This document shows, piece by piece, positions 1 through 13,463 of a DNA stretch of 64,000 bases. The stretch is from Vicugna vicugna (taxonomy: Eukaryota). Position numbers and translations under genes: made by a program. The stretch lies in assembly GCA_013265495.1 (NCBI GenBank), contig MU058198.1:4789779-4853778 (forward strand), read 5' to 3'. The notes below the pieces were generated by a model. The model worked only from the letters and a program-made list of their open reading frames with translations. It was not told the DNA's origin and made no database searches. Positions within the stretch are counted from its first letter, which is position 1, and every line of letters begins with the position of its first letter.

Positions 1-949
1 CATCCTGCCTGTCAGTACAGAAGACCCTAAAGAGAACGCTGTAATGCGTTTTTCATTTGAATATAGCCTTTTATTTCAAGATTATGTCTGAATGAGGGAT
101 TTCAAACCCTGAAGCAGCTCTTAAGCAGCTCTCCAGAGAATAATCAAAACCAGATCCCAGAATTTGGTCTATTGTAACTTGAATTGAAGGAGAGGAGTCT
201 GATTTCAGGAAGTAAGAGCAGCTGGAATGCTCCCTGAAGGGGATGGGGTAGGGAAGTGGCCAGGCTCTCTGGGCTGGCCTGCTGACGTTTGCTTGAGCCT
301 GCAGTAGGAACTGATGCCGCTTGCCTGGATGGGTGCAGGGGCATTTGGGATGCCAAGGGCACGCCTGCCTTCCGTTTTTCGGCAGAGCTGAAAGCGTCTG
401 AGAACGCGGGATGCTTCAAGAAGACCCCGTGAAACTCCCTGCCTTGGGATTTGGTGGCTTTCCCTGGGGACTTCTCCAGCCATCATGATCTGACTTATTT
501 CTTCTTCTTTTTCTTTTTGTAAATCGTGCCAGGCATTTTTACTTTTAAATGGAATCAGGACAGAGGGCTCGAGACTTCGGGTAAATGGGGGATTGCTAGG
601 GCTGTACACTAGAAAGTTTTAAAGGTTTTGGTTTTGCATAATGGATGGTATCCCTGGAACTGATTGAACCACCACCCTGTTAAAATAATCTCTTGATTCC
701 ATTGATTTCTGCGGTTTAACAAGCTCCTGTATAACTGTCTTGGGAATTTCAATCTGAAATTATAATTCACTAAGGGAGCCTTTCAGCCTATCTTACCATT
801 AGTTAAAAGCAGACAGTTGATTTTTTTTTTTTAGCACTCACTAGTTAGGATTGCCTTCCTTTAAAAAACTTTTTTTCAACCTTTATTTACAAATGTATAA
901 AGCACACATACAGGAAAGCAAAGCAACACATAAATAAGGCAGTATTGTT

Positions 950-1490
950 TTGATTGTAAATGACAGACATTGAATTTAAACTGTTACAAACCTAGAAGGG
1001 TGATTATTGGCTTATATACTTTGGAAATCTTCAGATTAACGGCTTCAGGAAAAGCTGAATCCAGGGGTGCAAATGATGCCACTAAGTCTTTGTCTCTTTC
1101 CATTCTTTGCCTTGTTTGTTTCTACCTTGCTTCGTCCTCAGATAGGCTGTCTCATGACATTTTAGGCAAGATGGTAGGCAGCAAGTCTAGACAAGCATGT
1201 TTTATGATCATCAATTATTTGGACAACATTTTTCAGACAGAATTTTTCTTAAGAGCATCTGTCAGAAATTCCTGGAGATGCCTTTGGCCCAGGTTGGGTC
1301 ATGTGTCCATTCCTAAAGCAGTCATTGTGCAGCAGTCCAGTCAGGCCTGGGGGATATAGCTACCCCTGTGGCTTGGGTGGGGGTGGGAGTAGGGAAGTAA
1401 GGTTATTCTCACTGCAGCCATAGGGATAGTTTCTCCATAAAGAATGAGGTGTTCAAACATCCTACTGATACGAAGTAGAGACCAGTTAAA
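950..1490 (-). mobile_element. MaLR LTR, MLT1K/L-like (degenerate)
   Basis: ggcttcaggaaaagctgaatccaggggtgcaaatgatg and ggcccaggttgggtcatgtgtccattcct match the reverse complement of MLT1K as remembered; ends approximate. Confidence 0.6.
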
Positions 1491-1769
1491 CCACAAGTTC
1501 ATTAAACATATGAAGATCCACTCTGGGACAGGCATGTGATCTCTTGGACTATTTTAAGCTGGGAAGAGGTACAGAGGGTTTGGGGAGGTTCAGTGCGCTT
1601 GTTATTTTAGTTATTCATTTATTTATTCATCAAACATGTCTTGATTGTCAACTTTGTGTCAAAACATGAGACAGTCATGGCCAGTGATCTGAAAGAGCTC
1701 ATAGGGTGGAGAAATGGACGCATAAGTGATTATATTACAAGATAGTGAAAGTGCCGATAAAGTGCAGTT

Positions 1770-2400
1770 TATTCTAGGAATGGAAGGATGGTTTGATCTT
1801 TGGAAATCTAATAATGTAATTTACTCTTAATATGGATGAAAGAGAAAAGTCCTGTGAATGCTAAAAAGTCTGATAAAATTAAATATTTATTCCTGATTTT
1901 TAGAATACTTGCTAATAAAATAGGATTATACCCAAAGCCAGCATCATATTAAATGGGGTTAACACTGGAAATAGTCCCATTAAATCCAGAACAAGACCAG
2001 AATGCCCATTCTCATCACTGTTATTTACCATTGCTCACGAATTACTAGATAATACAGTTAGATATGAAAAAGAGTAAGAAAGGGGGAGGTAGAATTATGA
2101 TCATTTACCAATAATTTCATCTCTTTTTGGAAAACCTAAGATAAGCAACTCCCCCCGAATCTATTAGAAACAGTAGTAGGATTCATTAAGGTGACCGGTA
2201 AGGAGATTACTATGCAAAATCTATAGTTTTCCATTATGCCTACTCCCAGCATTTTGAAAATATAATGAGAAAATAGTCTATTTATAGAACTCACCAAAGA
2301 GGCAAAATAATTGGGAATAAATTTTGCAAAATTTGCAAGGGACTTGTAAGAACATTTTACTATTTTACTGGGGAATGTCAAAGAAGAAAACAGTAAGAGA
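1770..2400 (+). mobile_element. Ancient L1 (L1ME-like) ORF2 fragment
   Basis: ggaatggaaggatggtttg...aaatccagaacaagaccagaatgcccattctcatcactg...ggaataaatttt resembles decayed ORF2 RT-region DNA; no open frame. Confidence 0.75.
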
Positions 2401-3249
2401 AAGCGTCTCCTGGAGAGCATGTCTTCCTCTTCCCCACCCCCCCTTTTCCTGCTCCGTCTCCCTCCCCCACCTCCTCTTTTTAATTGGAGATCTTTGCTGC
2501 TAAATTGAGGTCAGATGTGTCTGAGAGTGGTCTGAAGATACTGCTTATATGAGCGTGGCCGAAATGTACTTCATACACAGGATTCCCTTACTTTCTGCGT
2601 TTTCTTTGACTGAGGAGAGGCTGGTAAGACGGTCGTGACTGTTGGATTCATCACCAGTGTTAGAAATCTCTGTGGAGGGCGGGTGCTGACTGCTTTGTAT
2701 CCCCAGGATGGGGGTGGTAGGGTCATGCCACGGTGTGGATTAACAGGGGTGCACCCCTGTTGTTACACAGCACAAAACAAATCAGGGACAAGTGATGGTT
2801 ATTTTGAATGGAACAGGGAGATGGACCGGAAAGAATCACAGCGGTGGAGTTGGTGAGACTCGTGGGCGGCAGGGGGGCACTTAATGTATTTGTATGTGCT
2901 GGGTTCTGCTCCAAGGAATGGATTCATTCCATCCTCCTAAGAACCTGGTGAGACAGGTGCTGTGATCGCTCATGCTTTACAGGTGAGGGAAGTACCTACT
3001 CAAAATGTGGAGTTGGGATTCAGACCCAGGAGTTTGGCCCCAAGCCTAGAGCATTTCCTTTCATTTGTCCCAAAGCTCTTTTCTACCAGAAGGATTGTCT
3101 TCCAGCGTCCTGGGCGTGAATAATAAATGCTAGCATCTCTGTGCTGGAAGGTTTTGATTTCCCATGTGTGCGTGGACTGGCTGGTCTGCAGGACAGACTA
3201 ACTGTCGGCGTTTGCCCCCAGAGCAGACTGTGGACGTGTCTCCCTTTCT

Positions 3250-3646
3250 GTTCCGGGACCAAGCTCCTTCCCACTTTATTTTAATTTTCCGTTTCCTCCT
3301 CCTCTGGGAAAACTCTGTCCCCAGATCCCTAAACTGCAGGTATCTCCTTCTCTATCCTTCCAATCTTGGCTCAGGTTTCAGCTCCCCCCAAAGACCTTAC
3401 CTAACTGCTTAATTTAAAAACCCTTTTCCACTTCCAAGCTCGTTATGCTGTTATATTTTCTTCAGAGCGTACGTATATCACTCTCCCAAATCATCCTGAG
3501 TACAAAGGTAAACTACGTAGGAGCAGGGTCTTGTCCAACCCGTTCTTGCCCATGCCCAGAACCAGAAACAGTACTGGACACACAGTAGGTGCTTAATAAT
3601 GGTGGCTTTTTAATCACTAATTCTGAATCAATGAATGACTGAATGA
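3250..3646 (+). mobile_element. L2 3' end
   Basis: ggacacacagtaggtgcttaataa followed by a (tgaa)n-like tail. Confidence 0.75.
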
Positions 3647-4793
3647 AAGGAGTACCTCCTGTGTGCTCAGTTCTGTTGCAAAACTCCAGGCTTCTGAAAA
3701 GAAAGAACACTCACATTTCCTGGGAACGCTGGGTAAGGATTGTTCTAAGCTCTATCAGGTGCTATTTTTGCAGGACTATTTTGGGTACAAGAAAGAGAAA
3801 GCCACTCAAACGAGCTGTGTGGGCTAGACAGTCTCCCCAAAGGGTCCCGGCCGCACACCACATTACCTCATTTATTCTTCCCGGCAGCCTCACAAAGCAG
3901 AGACTGTCTTATCCCAGTTCTACAGATAAAGAGAATGAGACCTCAGAAGGGCAGGTGACAGTCCCGGGGTCACACAGCAGGCTGTCACGAGACAGCGGTC
4001 TTTCCACTGTAACTTGTGGCTTTTGGCCCCTGGCTTTTGTTGGTGGGGTGGCCCAAGTTATGGAATATCCTGGATTCTTCCGATGCTCCAGAATAGCGGG
4101 ATTATGTTTCTCTAAATGCACTATCAACATGATGTAATTGCCTTTTAATAATCGAACAGTTCCACCCAGGCTGTGTTTGATTTGTTACTCCTCATAGGTG
4201 TGGATACACCTTTCTCTCTGCCTGCAGAGTAAGGCTTCTGCAGGCGGTTGGAGGTTTGGGTGTCCCCAGAGCTGAGGAAATCTGAGTCAAACTACCTGAG
4301 TGCCTGTATCATAGGACAGTTTGCCTATTTGGGGGCTATATGGTATTTTGGAAAAGAAAACCCTGCTGAAGATCAGAAATTAAAGATTTGAATCTGAATT
4401 TTGTGTCTCCCAGGCTTTGTGTGCTTGGATAAGTATTTAGCCTTTGAGCCTTTGTTTTCTCATCTCTAAAATGGGAGTGACAGTTTCCAATAACGCCACA
4501 GTGATTTTGCAAGAACAGAGTAACGGTGATGTGTTGGGGTCTGCTCTATCTCCATACCACAGTTGTTATTAATCCACACACGTTTCCATGAGCTCCCCCA
4601 GGTAATTGGTTTTCTGGAGTGTTGCACTCCAAGGAGTAGCTGAAAAATATGGACGAGCACTCTTATCCTAAAGTTAGATTAAGAAGTTTAATTTACAGAA
4701 ACTATGATCTACTATGGATGTCCAACACTGTGACGGCAAACTGCATAAAGATCCTGAGAATTCCTGGAGAACTTCTGTCTGTGTAATTCTTTT

Positions 4794-4869
4794 GGCTCAT
4801 GTCCCTTTCTTTTATTTTTATTTATTTACTTAGACAGTTACAGTGTGTCAATTTCTGCTGAGCAGCATA
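4794..4869 (-). mobile_element. Very short 5'-truncated L1 3' end with degenerate TSD
   Basis: T-rich tail + cagttacagtgtgtcaatttctgctg; flanks tgtctgtgtaattctttt (4776-4793) and tgtctgcataattccttt (4870-4887). Confidence 0.65.
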
Positions 4870-4941
4870 TGTCTGCATAATTCCTTTACCTGACTCATGA
4901 CCACTGAGGCATCATCGTTTGACACTGAAATAAACATAAGC

Positions 4942-5420
4942 TGTGGAAGGCAAAATAATGCACCCTCCCCATAACCAGGTCCTCATCTCTGAAAGCTGTG
5001 ACTCTGCTGGATTACATGGTAAAGAAGATTTAAGGTTGCAGATGGAATTATGATGGCTCAACAGCTAAACTGGTCAGGGTAGATTATCTGGATTATCTGA
5101 ATGAGCCTCATGTAAATCACCAGAGTCCTTTTTAAGTGGAAGAGGTGGGCAGAAGGTGGAGAATTTGAAGGATCTAGCAGCTTGACAGAGACTTAACCTG
5201 CTGTTGCTGGCTTTGAAGACCAAGGAAGTGGCCATGAGCCAAGGAATTCAGGCAGCTTCTAGAAGCTCCAGAAAAGGCAAGGAAGTAGATTCTTCCTTGA
5301 GACTCTCAGAAGGAATGCAGCCCTGCTGACACTTTGATGGCAGCCCATGCACAGCCATTTCAGACTTCTGACTTCCCGCATGTTAAGCCAGTTCGTTTGT
5401 GGTCGTTTGTTACAGCAGTA
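4942..5420 (+). mobile_element. MaLR LTR, MLT1D-like
   Basis: tgtggaaggcaaaataatg start; ggctttgaagac...ccatgagccaaggaat...aaggaatgcagccctgctgacac; ends tttgttacagcag. Confidence 0.85.
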
Positions 5421-5829
5421 TGCGCTCCCCAGGATCTTCAGCACTCGCCATCTGGTTTCTTTTCCTCCCTTTGCTTTTTCTAGAAAGAATTGCCTCGGGG
5501 GCTCTTCAGGCCTCCTTCCAAACAGCAGCACAGATTTCACCGTCCACCGTCACTGGACTAGCTGCAGGGTCGGGGGGGGGAACCAAACTGTTGCAACACA
5601 GAGACCCCAACATACAGTGGCTTAAATAAGGTAGATGATTTTTCTCCTCCATAATGAAAGTTGATTTGCAAAGTTTGTAGCAGTCGGGGAAACGCAAGCT
5701 GAAAACAGTGAGTTCAGGAATACAGGTGTACATGTTTGAACAGCCGTCCTGCCGGGACACTCCAGCCAGACTGCACTGCTGGGACAGCTGTGCTCAGGAA
5801 GACCATTCAGGGACCCACATTCTGTTCTT

Positions 5830-6201
5830 TCCATTGATCTACAGTCCCCTGGGGAGCCTGCTAAGAATGCAGAACCCAGATCCCATCCCAAACTTTCTGA
5901 AGCCAAATTTACCTTTTAAGAAGGTACTTAGGGAATTGTTCTGCGCAGAGTTTGAGAAAGGTGGCTTTACGGTAAGGCTCTTCCCCTTACCGTACAGTGC
6001 TGCCTGTGGATGTTTAGGGTCAGGAAAGTCTTTGTGGTGCGAGGATGTTCTTTCTTTCTGTACATTGAAGGATGTTCAGCAGCCTCTCCAGATGCTGGTA
6101 GTTAACTCCTCACCCCTCGTTTTAATAGCCAAAAATGCCTCCAGGCATTGCCAGGTGCCCCCTGGGGAGCAAATTTGCCTGTGATTGAGTGATAACCCCT
6201 G
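5830..6201. mobile_element. Adjacent hAT-Charlie MITEs: MER5-like (~5830-5960) and MER20 (~5995-6201)
   Basis: cctggggagcctgctaagaatgcaga (MER5); ccaaaaatgcctccaggcattgccaggtgccccctgggg (MER20). Confidence 0.7.
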
Positions 6202-6879
6202 CCTTAGAGGGTTATTCTTCTGCGTGATCAGAACTGAGACTTCCCCTCACCATCTACCTTCCATCAAAGAGGGTGGAAGTTCAGGAAGCAATTTCCTCTT
6301 AAGCACGTGGGGCGGAAGTGACTCTCACGACTCCTGGTCTCGTTCTGTTGGTGAGAATTCCGGTGCATGGCCACATCCAACTGCAGAGAGTCTGCAGAAC
6401 ATACGAGTGTTTCTGTGCCCAAGGAGGAGGGGAAAATGAGTCTGGGGGACAATCAGCAGCTTGCTCAAGTGACTGACACAAGAATATGGTCATACTATAC
6501 CTCTTTTTATTCTCTTCTTTCTAGAAGGGAATCCAGTTGGGAGAATGATAAATTGAGTAGGCGTTAACATTTTTTGCTTGTTTGTCTTTTGCAATTGGAA
6601 CACAGAACTATTTTAGGAGGTCACAGGAAATTTTACAGGGACATGTAAAATTTACGTGATTCTCTAACAGTGTATTTTGATATCAAAAGTTCGGTATCTT
6701 CTAAACATCAGCTGTAAGTATTATTCTTGCAGGGTTTTTTTTCCCATATAGATATAGTTGCCTATAATGACTGTTTCACATGAAAAATAGTATTTTTCTT
6801 CAATATTTGTAAAGATTATCTCATTAGTATAAATGTGTTTGATGAGCTGGAGACATACATGCATACGCACGTTTGTGCG

Positions 6880-7400
6880 TATAGATTGCTGCCTACCTGT
6901 CTTTGTATCTGTCGATCTGCCTTGGCGCCTACGCTCATCTCTTGCCCAGACTGCTGTGGAAGACTTCTAGTCTTGTTTCTGCTAACACTCTTGACCTCGG
7001 TAGTCTGCTCTTTACACAGTGACTAGCGTAAGTGCTCCTCTTAGAACAGAAAGCAGACCACATCACTCTCCTTCTTTCCATTTTCCAATGGCCTTTTGGA
7101 AAAAAATTCCAAGTGCTGATCTGCAAGCCCCCCTATGGAATCTGGTCCACCTCTTCAACTACATTCACTTGCCTTCTTCCCTTTGCTCCTTTGTCTGAGT
7201 CCCACGAGCATCCTTGCTGTACCCTGAGAAACCAAACGTGGCCATGACTCAGGGTTTTTGCACTTGCTGCTTCCTCTGACTAGGTTTTTTCCTTAGGTAA
7301 CTGCTTGACTCGCCTCTTCCCTTCATTTGAGCCTCTGCTCAACTGTCCCTCCTCAATATGCCCTTTTCTTATACTACCTGGACTTCTTTGTGTACTCCTA
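6880..7400 (+). mobile_element. L2 fragment
   Basis: catctcttgcccagactgctgtgg...catcactctccttc...gcacttgctgcttcctctg is typical L2 body. Confidence 0.7.
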
Positions 7401-7615
7401 GTGGTAGGAGTGCCAGTCATTGGAAAATGCTGGTAAAAACGGTGTTACCACTAATATTTGCTTAATTCCATGGTTATTATGCCCCCACTCAGATTTCTGG
7501 TGTCTTAATTTCCTGGTTCTTAATCCCCCTATCCTGAAGGGAAGATCTAGTTCTGATCAAAATGACCGTGACCTTGCTGGGGTCCATTTAAAAGATGTTC
7601 GACTCTCAGCTACCC

Positions 7616-7650
7616 CTGCAATTTAAGGACACCGCCACTAGGTGGTGGTG
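7616..7650 (+). promoter_or_regulatory. Candidate CTCF site (core plus upstream motif)
   Basis: Core CCGCCACTAGGTGGTGGTG (7632-7650) matches CCASYAGRKGGCR with one change; CTGCAATT upstream resembles the ZF9-11 motif. Confidence 0.6.
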
Positions 7651-8409
7651 ATGTGACATGCAGACTTCAGAGTAAGGCGTTTCCTGAGATGAAAGATGTG
7701 AGTGGCTTCAGGCTCCTTCCCCCCTGGGTTAACCCTGCCTATCTTGCCCCTGTAAAATAAGATGCTTTATAAAAGGTTCGCTTTCAGTAAACAGTAAACA
7801 AACCTCAAAGCAGATGCTGGGAAGCAAGTTTAAAACAAACAAGCTCAAATACAATTGGCTATCTTTTTTCTCTACCCACTTCTTAGCCAGTTTTAAAAAT
7901 TAGTGTTCAGATGCAGAGAGGATATTGCCAGGCAGCACTTTTCTTTCCTTCTTGGCTATGAGTGTCTGAATGTGGACAAAATGAACATACCAGGTTTCCA
8001 TAAATGTATGTTAAGGCATTTAATATTAGAAATTATTATTACAACATATATGCCAGATATTAAATAGGTAATACTACCCATTTGGACCCTGAACATTGCG
8101 TGGCGATTTCAACCAACACAAACCCCATGACCTCACCCAGAACCACTGATTTTCTTATTTAGAATACAGTGTGAGTTTGTTCTAGACTTACTGATTCTCA
8201 TTCACTTATGAATTGCTGCATTGAAAGTTCTTCCTTTTAGTTTGCCTTCAGCTTCTGAGCATGGTGCTCCCGGATTTCTTGGGATTGTGTCTCTTTCCAG
8301 TCTCTTTACTTCTCATCCACCAGGAGGAAGAAGTTGCCCCCCATCATAATATTTTAGAACACGTTTAAAGAAAATCTTCCTTTGATTTGAAGCTCTGCTG
8401 TGGAACTCT

Positions 8410-8912
8410 GTGGGCCAGGATCTTCTGGTTATAAGTCTGAACCAAGCATGAACCAAAAAGAAATTTAATGGCTTACATATTTGAGAAGTCCTAGGTGGGG
8501 AAGGGCCTCTTAGGTCTTAATGTCAGGAGGTCGCTCATTTTTTGGATTCTACTGCCTCTAAGGTGGTTGGCTGCTTTCTTAATAACCTGTCCCACTGTGG
8601 TGGGAAGTGGTTGCCCACCCAATCTTCTTGCTCCTAATGCAGTAGGCGGAGGACGCCATCTTTGTCCTGGAAGTGTCCGCTGACGTCTCACTGAAGCTCA
8701 TTGTTCTCTTACGGAGTCACACACACACGTTCAGCAACCAGCCTTTGTTGCCAGAGGTGGTGGAAGGCTTGAGGCACTGCCCCTCTGCAGCAGAGGGATG
8801 CTTTTCCTGGGGGCGCGAAGGATGAGATGCGGGCATTTTCCCAAAGCAGAACCAGGATACGGTTATCAAAGAAGGGAAGTGGATGCTGGTGCCAAAGCAA
8901 CAGATGTCTATT
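8410..8912 (-). mobile_element. MaLR LTR, MLT1K/L-like (degenerate)
   Basis: aatttaatggcttacatat...gaagggaagtggatgctggtgccaaagcaacagatgtcta. Confidence 0.6.
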
Positions 8913-11900
8913 TCGAGACTCTTCTGTTCAGACATAATCTTTCACTGAAGCAACAGCACATTAAAACAGATACACTGAGAGTTCCACTGACCTGTGTGAG
9001 GATGGAGGGCCTGGGCGCTGGTTCTGTGCCTCTCCACCAGGGCGGGCAGAGAGTAGCTCAGAATCTCCCGAAGATTCCACCTCTCTTCATGAATATATGA
9101 AGGAAGGGAGGGAGGAAGGAAGGGAGGAAGAGAGAGAGGAAGGGAAAACAGGACAGGACACTTGTCCAGTCTCGGTACCTGAGATGCGTGAAATCCTGAA
9201 AAAAAACATTTAAAGGACCCGCCCCTCAGAAATCACTGATTATTTATTTAGAATATTTTCTCTTTCCATCATTTCCTTAGCAACCCCTAGCAGCTGCCTG
9301 GGAAAATGCAAAGGGAATGTATAGCTTACAAGAAAATTCTTCAAATAGCAAGTGAAATCGTTTCATCACATTAAGTCTTCCTGCCCAGATTCACTTCAAG
9401 CAGAGAGGGAGACATGATTTGGCGTTTGATCAGCCTTCATGTAACAGCTCGATAGCCCAGAATTTCTAGAACAGCCCTGATTCTATGTCATTTTCTTCTT
9501 TGCATTTGAGGTAAGGCCAGTGATCTAGAATTAAGCGTGACTTAATTTTTTATGCTTTTGTAAGGCTTTTTATGAAAATAAATGCACATTTTGGGGAAAA
9601 CAAATTTGAGGGGGAGCAAATCTAATGTGTTGCTTAAAAATAGGTACCTTGTGTATTGTCTGGGGAATTCTCATTAGAACGCAGCGGAGTTTCTCCCTCT
9701 GCCTAGGGTCCCTCCCCCATCCCTGGTGGAGTGGGAGTCTAGCTTGTGCCTTATTTCCCCGCCAAAAGAAAGCCACAGGACTCTTCCTTGTAAGGGTTTG
9801 CCTGCTAGAGGTGTGGGGGTGGAGGAACTAGAAAGCGTCGCTGAACTCTGCTGGCCGTGCTGCCTCTGTTAGGCTGATATATTTGCACGCTTGTTTTCGG
9901 AGAGAGAGTTCTCTTCCAGATTTCTTATGACTTATTTTGAGTCTGAAGTCTTCTTCATGTTTTTCTCTTATTTTAGAAAAAGGCAAAATTTAAAAACGAA
10001 TCGATTATGTGCAGAGTTGACTTCTGCGATGTCTACTGTCTAACAATTGAGCTTTTGCATATTAGGCATTCTTAATAGCGACAGCTAACGTCCTTGGAGT
10101 GCTTAGGAGGTAAAAAGAAAACCCCTGTGCATGCGTGTCCCTCCTTTATCCTGTGTAATCCTCACTGTGATCTTTGTCGGGCTGGGGTACTGGATTTTAG
10201 GTGAAGACTGAGGCACAGAGAGGTGAACAATGATCCCCAAAGATACACAGGTCGGTCATTAGTGATGTGACCTGGATTCCAGCGTAAGCATTTAGGATGT
10301 GTTCTTGTAGCCATAATGCTGGGACGCTTAAGGGAATGTTCCATCCACAGTTACCCAGAGTCCCGCTGTCTCCTGTTCCTGTGGGCAGACACAGTTGGGA
10401 TTCTCCAGAAACCACTTCTGCAGCCAAACTCCACATGTCTACATCTTAGAGGGTAGCCTCCCACGGTCGCATTTCCAGGCTATTTGGGAAATAAATCCAC
10501 ATCTTCTAATGCTGTGAAAGACTGTTGATAGGGTCTCCCTACTGGGCTTTGGTTGAAAGGTCTCGGCACTCTGGATGACTTCAGAGAGAGGTGCTGATGT
10601 TCCAAGCCCTGCTGTGAGCGGGCAGCTTCAGAGACCCAGTGACTCGAGTACCCCTTCTCAGGGCAGCTGAGGTACAAGAAGTGCCCTGGGATGTATATTT
10701 CTTTAAAAAGACAGGGAGGGGAAAAAAAAATCCTTCAGCCTTGGCTGTTTCAAAGCGGTGCAAGGGAAGGAGAGCATCTCTTCACTGGCATCTTGTTTGG
10801 GATGCGTTCCACCTGCTGCCTTGGTTGTGTGGGGTCTCTGCAGGGAGGCTGTGTGTTTTGCTCAGTGGCATTATGGCTACACTCCTGTTCCTGATGAAGA
10901 ATTTTTTCCCCTCCTCAGACTGACAACTGCTTTTGGAAACGTGTTTTCATGAGAAGTAGTCGGGCTGAGATTTTAGTAATAGTATCACCCCTTGTTACCA
11001 GGCTCTGGGGCATGACCACTCCTGGTCTTTATAAAGCAGAAGAGCTTCTGCATCCCGGCTCCTGCGTAAGCTGGGGTTTACTTCTTGTCCCCCTGACTAC
11101 ACCTGATGAACCACCCCTGCGGAATTGCCTGCGGTCCTGGTGATGGACACCTGCTATTCCTGGGGCTTCGCCCCGCTTCAAAGTCAGAGGGAACGTTATG
11201 GTGCCATTGATGGAAGGCATGTTACACCTGCCGAGAACTTCTGTATGCACTCTCTCCCCAAACAGCAGTCCTCGTGGCCACCCCGTGAGAGAGAGGCTGT
11301 CCTTCTCCCCGTTTTTACACGTGAGGAAACTAAGGTGGAGAAGGTGGGGTAACTTGCCTAAGGCCACCCTGATCCTAACATGAGTTGGTCTGAATCCCAC
11401 AGTCTCACTGTCAAATTCTGTATCCCGGTCAGAGTTCTCTCCTGATCTTCCTAACCACTTAGCACTTGGTAGAGCACCTGGGACCCAGAAGAATTTCATT
11501 TAAATCATTATAATTTTGGTAAAGACAATTAGAAAATGCTGAAAGCATAAAAAATCCTATCACCCAAAGATAATTAATACCTTAGTGTATGTTCTTTCAT
11601 AAATTTTTCAATACCTGCGAAGAATTCTATCAATCATTTTATTTCAAAAGTGTATATTTTTAAATATAATTTCCTTTTTTCACCTCAAAGTGGATCCTGA
11701 ATATTTTCCTGTGTCTGAGATGCACTTCTGTAATATAATTTTAACATTTTTTTATGAGTATATTAAAGTAATACAATGGGCCGCCCCAAAGCAGGGCCTG
11801 ACCACACCCCAATTACAAAAATAAATTTCAGATAAAAAAAATGAAACAAAAGAGGTACCACAACACAACGGGAGCAACAGCAACAATGGCACAAATGACG

Positions 11901-12069
11901 AGTATCAGAAGGCGGGGTGGACAGATCTTAGTCATACTGGGTTGGTAGCGTCCTTTTAAATCAAGCTCTGAAAAAAAATGACAACTCAGAACTCATAAAG
12001 GGGAAGATTGATGGAATTGCACATAGAGGATGTAAAATTCACGTATAGAAAAAGAAACACTAACAGAGG

Positions 12070-12518
12070 CTATGAGTTTGTTAGGGCTGATACACTGTGG
12101 GGCTTAAAAAACAGCAAACATTTATTTTCTCACAGTCCTGGAGTCTAGACGTCCAAGATCGAGGTGTTGGTGGGGCTGGCTTCTTCTCAGGTCTCTGTCT
12201 GTGTCTTCTGTTCCCCTCATCTTCACATGCTCTTCCTACAAGGACACTAGTATTGAATTAGGGCTGATCTAATGAACCTATTTGGCCATAATTACCTCTT
12301 TTTTTGGGGGGGGTGTAATTAGGTTATTTATTTATTTATTTTAATGGAGGTACTGGGGATTGAACCCAGGACCTTGTGCATGCTAAGCACACACTCTGCC
12401 ACTGAGCTGTAGCCTCCCCCCGTAATTCCCTCTTGAGAGACCGTGTCTCCAAAGTCACATTCTGAATATTAGGATTTCAACACACGAATTTTGGGGACAC
12501 ACTACTCAGTCCGTAAGA
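12070..12518 (-). mobile_element. MaLR LTR MLT1B-like, interrupted by a SINE
   Basis: tttattttctcacagtcctggag...tccaagatcgaggtg; gtctccaaagtcacattctga...ttcaacacacgaattttgggg. Confidence 0.85.
12301..12422 (-). mobile_element. tRNA-Ala-derived camelid SINE (vic-1 type)
   Basis: Reverse complement reads ggggaggctacagctcagtggcagag...gggttcaatccccagtacctcca + (aaat)n + cctaattac C-run; TSD taattacctctt (12289-12300) / taattccctctt (12423-12434). Confidence 0.9.
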
Positions 12519-13399
12519 CAGAGCAGAAGCCAGATGGGGAGCCTGGACGAAACACTTGCAAACATGGGTCTAAGGGCCACGATTCCTTCTCCCCGTGAGC
12601 TGCTGGGGTGCCCTGCCACCTCTGCTGTCCCTGCTCTTCTTCAGCTCCCGGGACTTGGTGCCACCCCTACCCCCAGCCCATCGGCCGTCACACCCTTTCT
12701 TTGGCGACATTAACTATTTCCGGTCACGTTACATCAAGTCCTGAGGCTCAGAATCTCCTTTCTGGGGACTTTGCCTATCTCTGCTCTCATCCACTAAGAG
12801 ATCCAATCAAAGTTTAATTCTTAGAGGCCACTCTGGGGGAAAAAGAAAAACTTTATTATAAAAGTAACATGAGCTGGTTTTAGAAGGAAAGAAAAACCAC
12901 CAAGAAATACATGAAAATAAAGCAAAAGACTTCTCATCTCCCCGACACTCCCCTCCGTCTTCCTGCACTGCCAGCTTCACTCCCAGGAGGGAGCCACTGC
13001 GTAGGCTGTGTTTCCTTCCCTGTGGTGGTCACTGACCTAGTCTGTTGACAAGGATGAGGTGTCATTGACACTAGGCTGCCACAAAACTAATTCATTAGCA
13101 CTCGGACCCCCTGCCGGCTCACCACCTACTAGGCTGAGTGCTGTGGTTCATCCTTCCAGGACCCTAGGAGGTGGTCCCAGCATTATCCCATTTTTCGGAT
13201 GGGCAGCCTCCACCTTAGAGAGTGGTCCGGTAATGCGCTCACAGGCACCGAGCCGGGACATGATTAAGCCGGACCTGTTGGCTTCAGAGCCGTGTTTGCT
13301 GTGGTTACTCATCATTAGATCGTGAACACTTCTCCATTAACACTGTATGTAGAGCCTGAGTTCACTTTTTCATAATCTTGACATTGTGTTTTCCTGTAG

Positions 13400-13463
13400 A
13401 GTTTTTGTTTGTTTGTTTGTTTAAAGTATAGTCAGTTTACCATATCGTGTCAATTTCTGGTGC
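13400..13463 (-). mobile_element. Very short L1 3' end
   Basis: (tttg)n tail + aagtatagtcagtttac...tcaatttctggtg; flanking cctgtag repeat at 13393-13399 and 13464-13470. Confidence 0.7.

Larger units (their letters stand above)
11800..12565 (+). mobile_element. Old L1 (L1ME-like) ORF2 fragment interrupted by MLT1B and a SINE
   Basis: caaaaataaatttcaga...cataaaggggaagattgat before 12070; resumes about 12520 (gaaacacttgcaaac). Confidence 0.55.
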
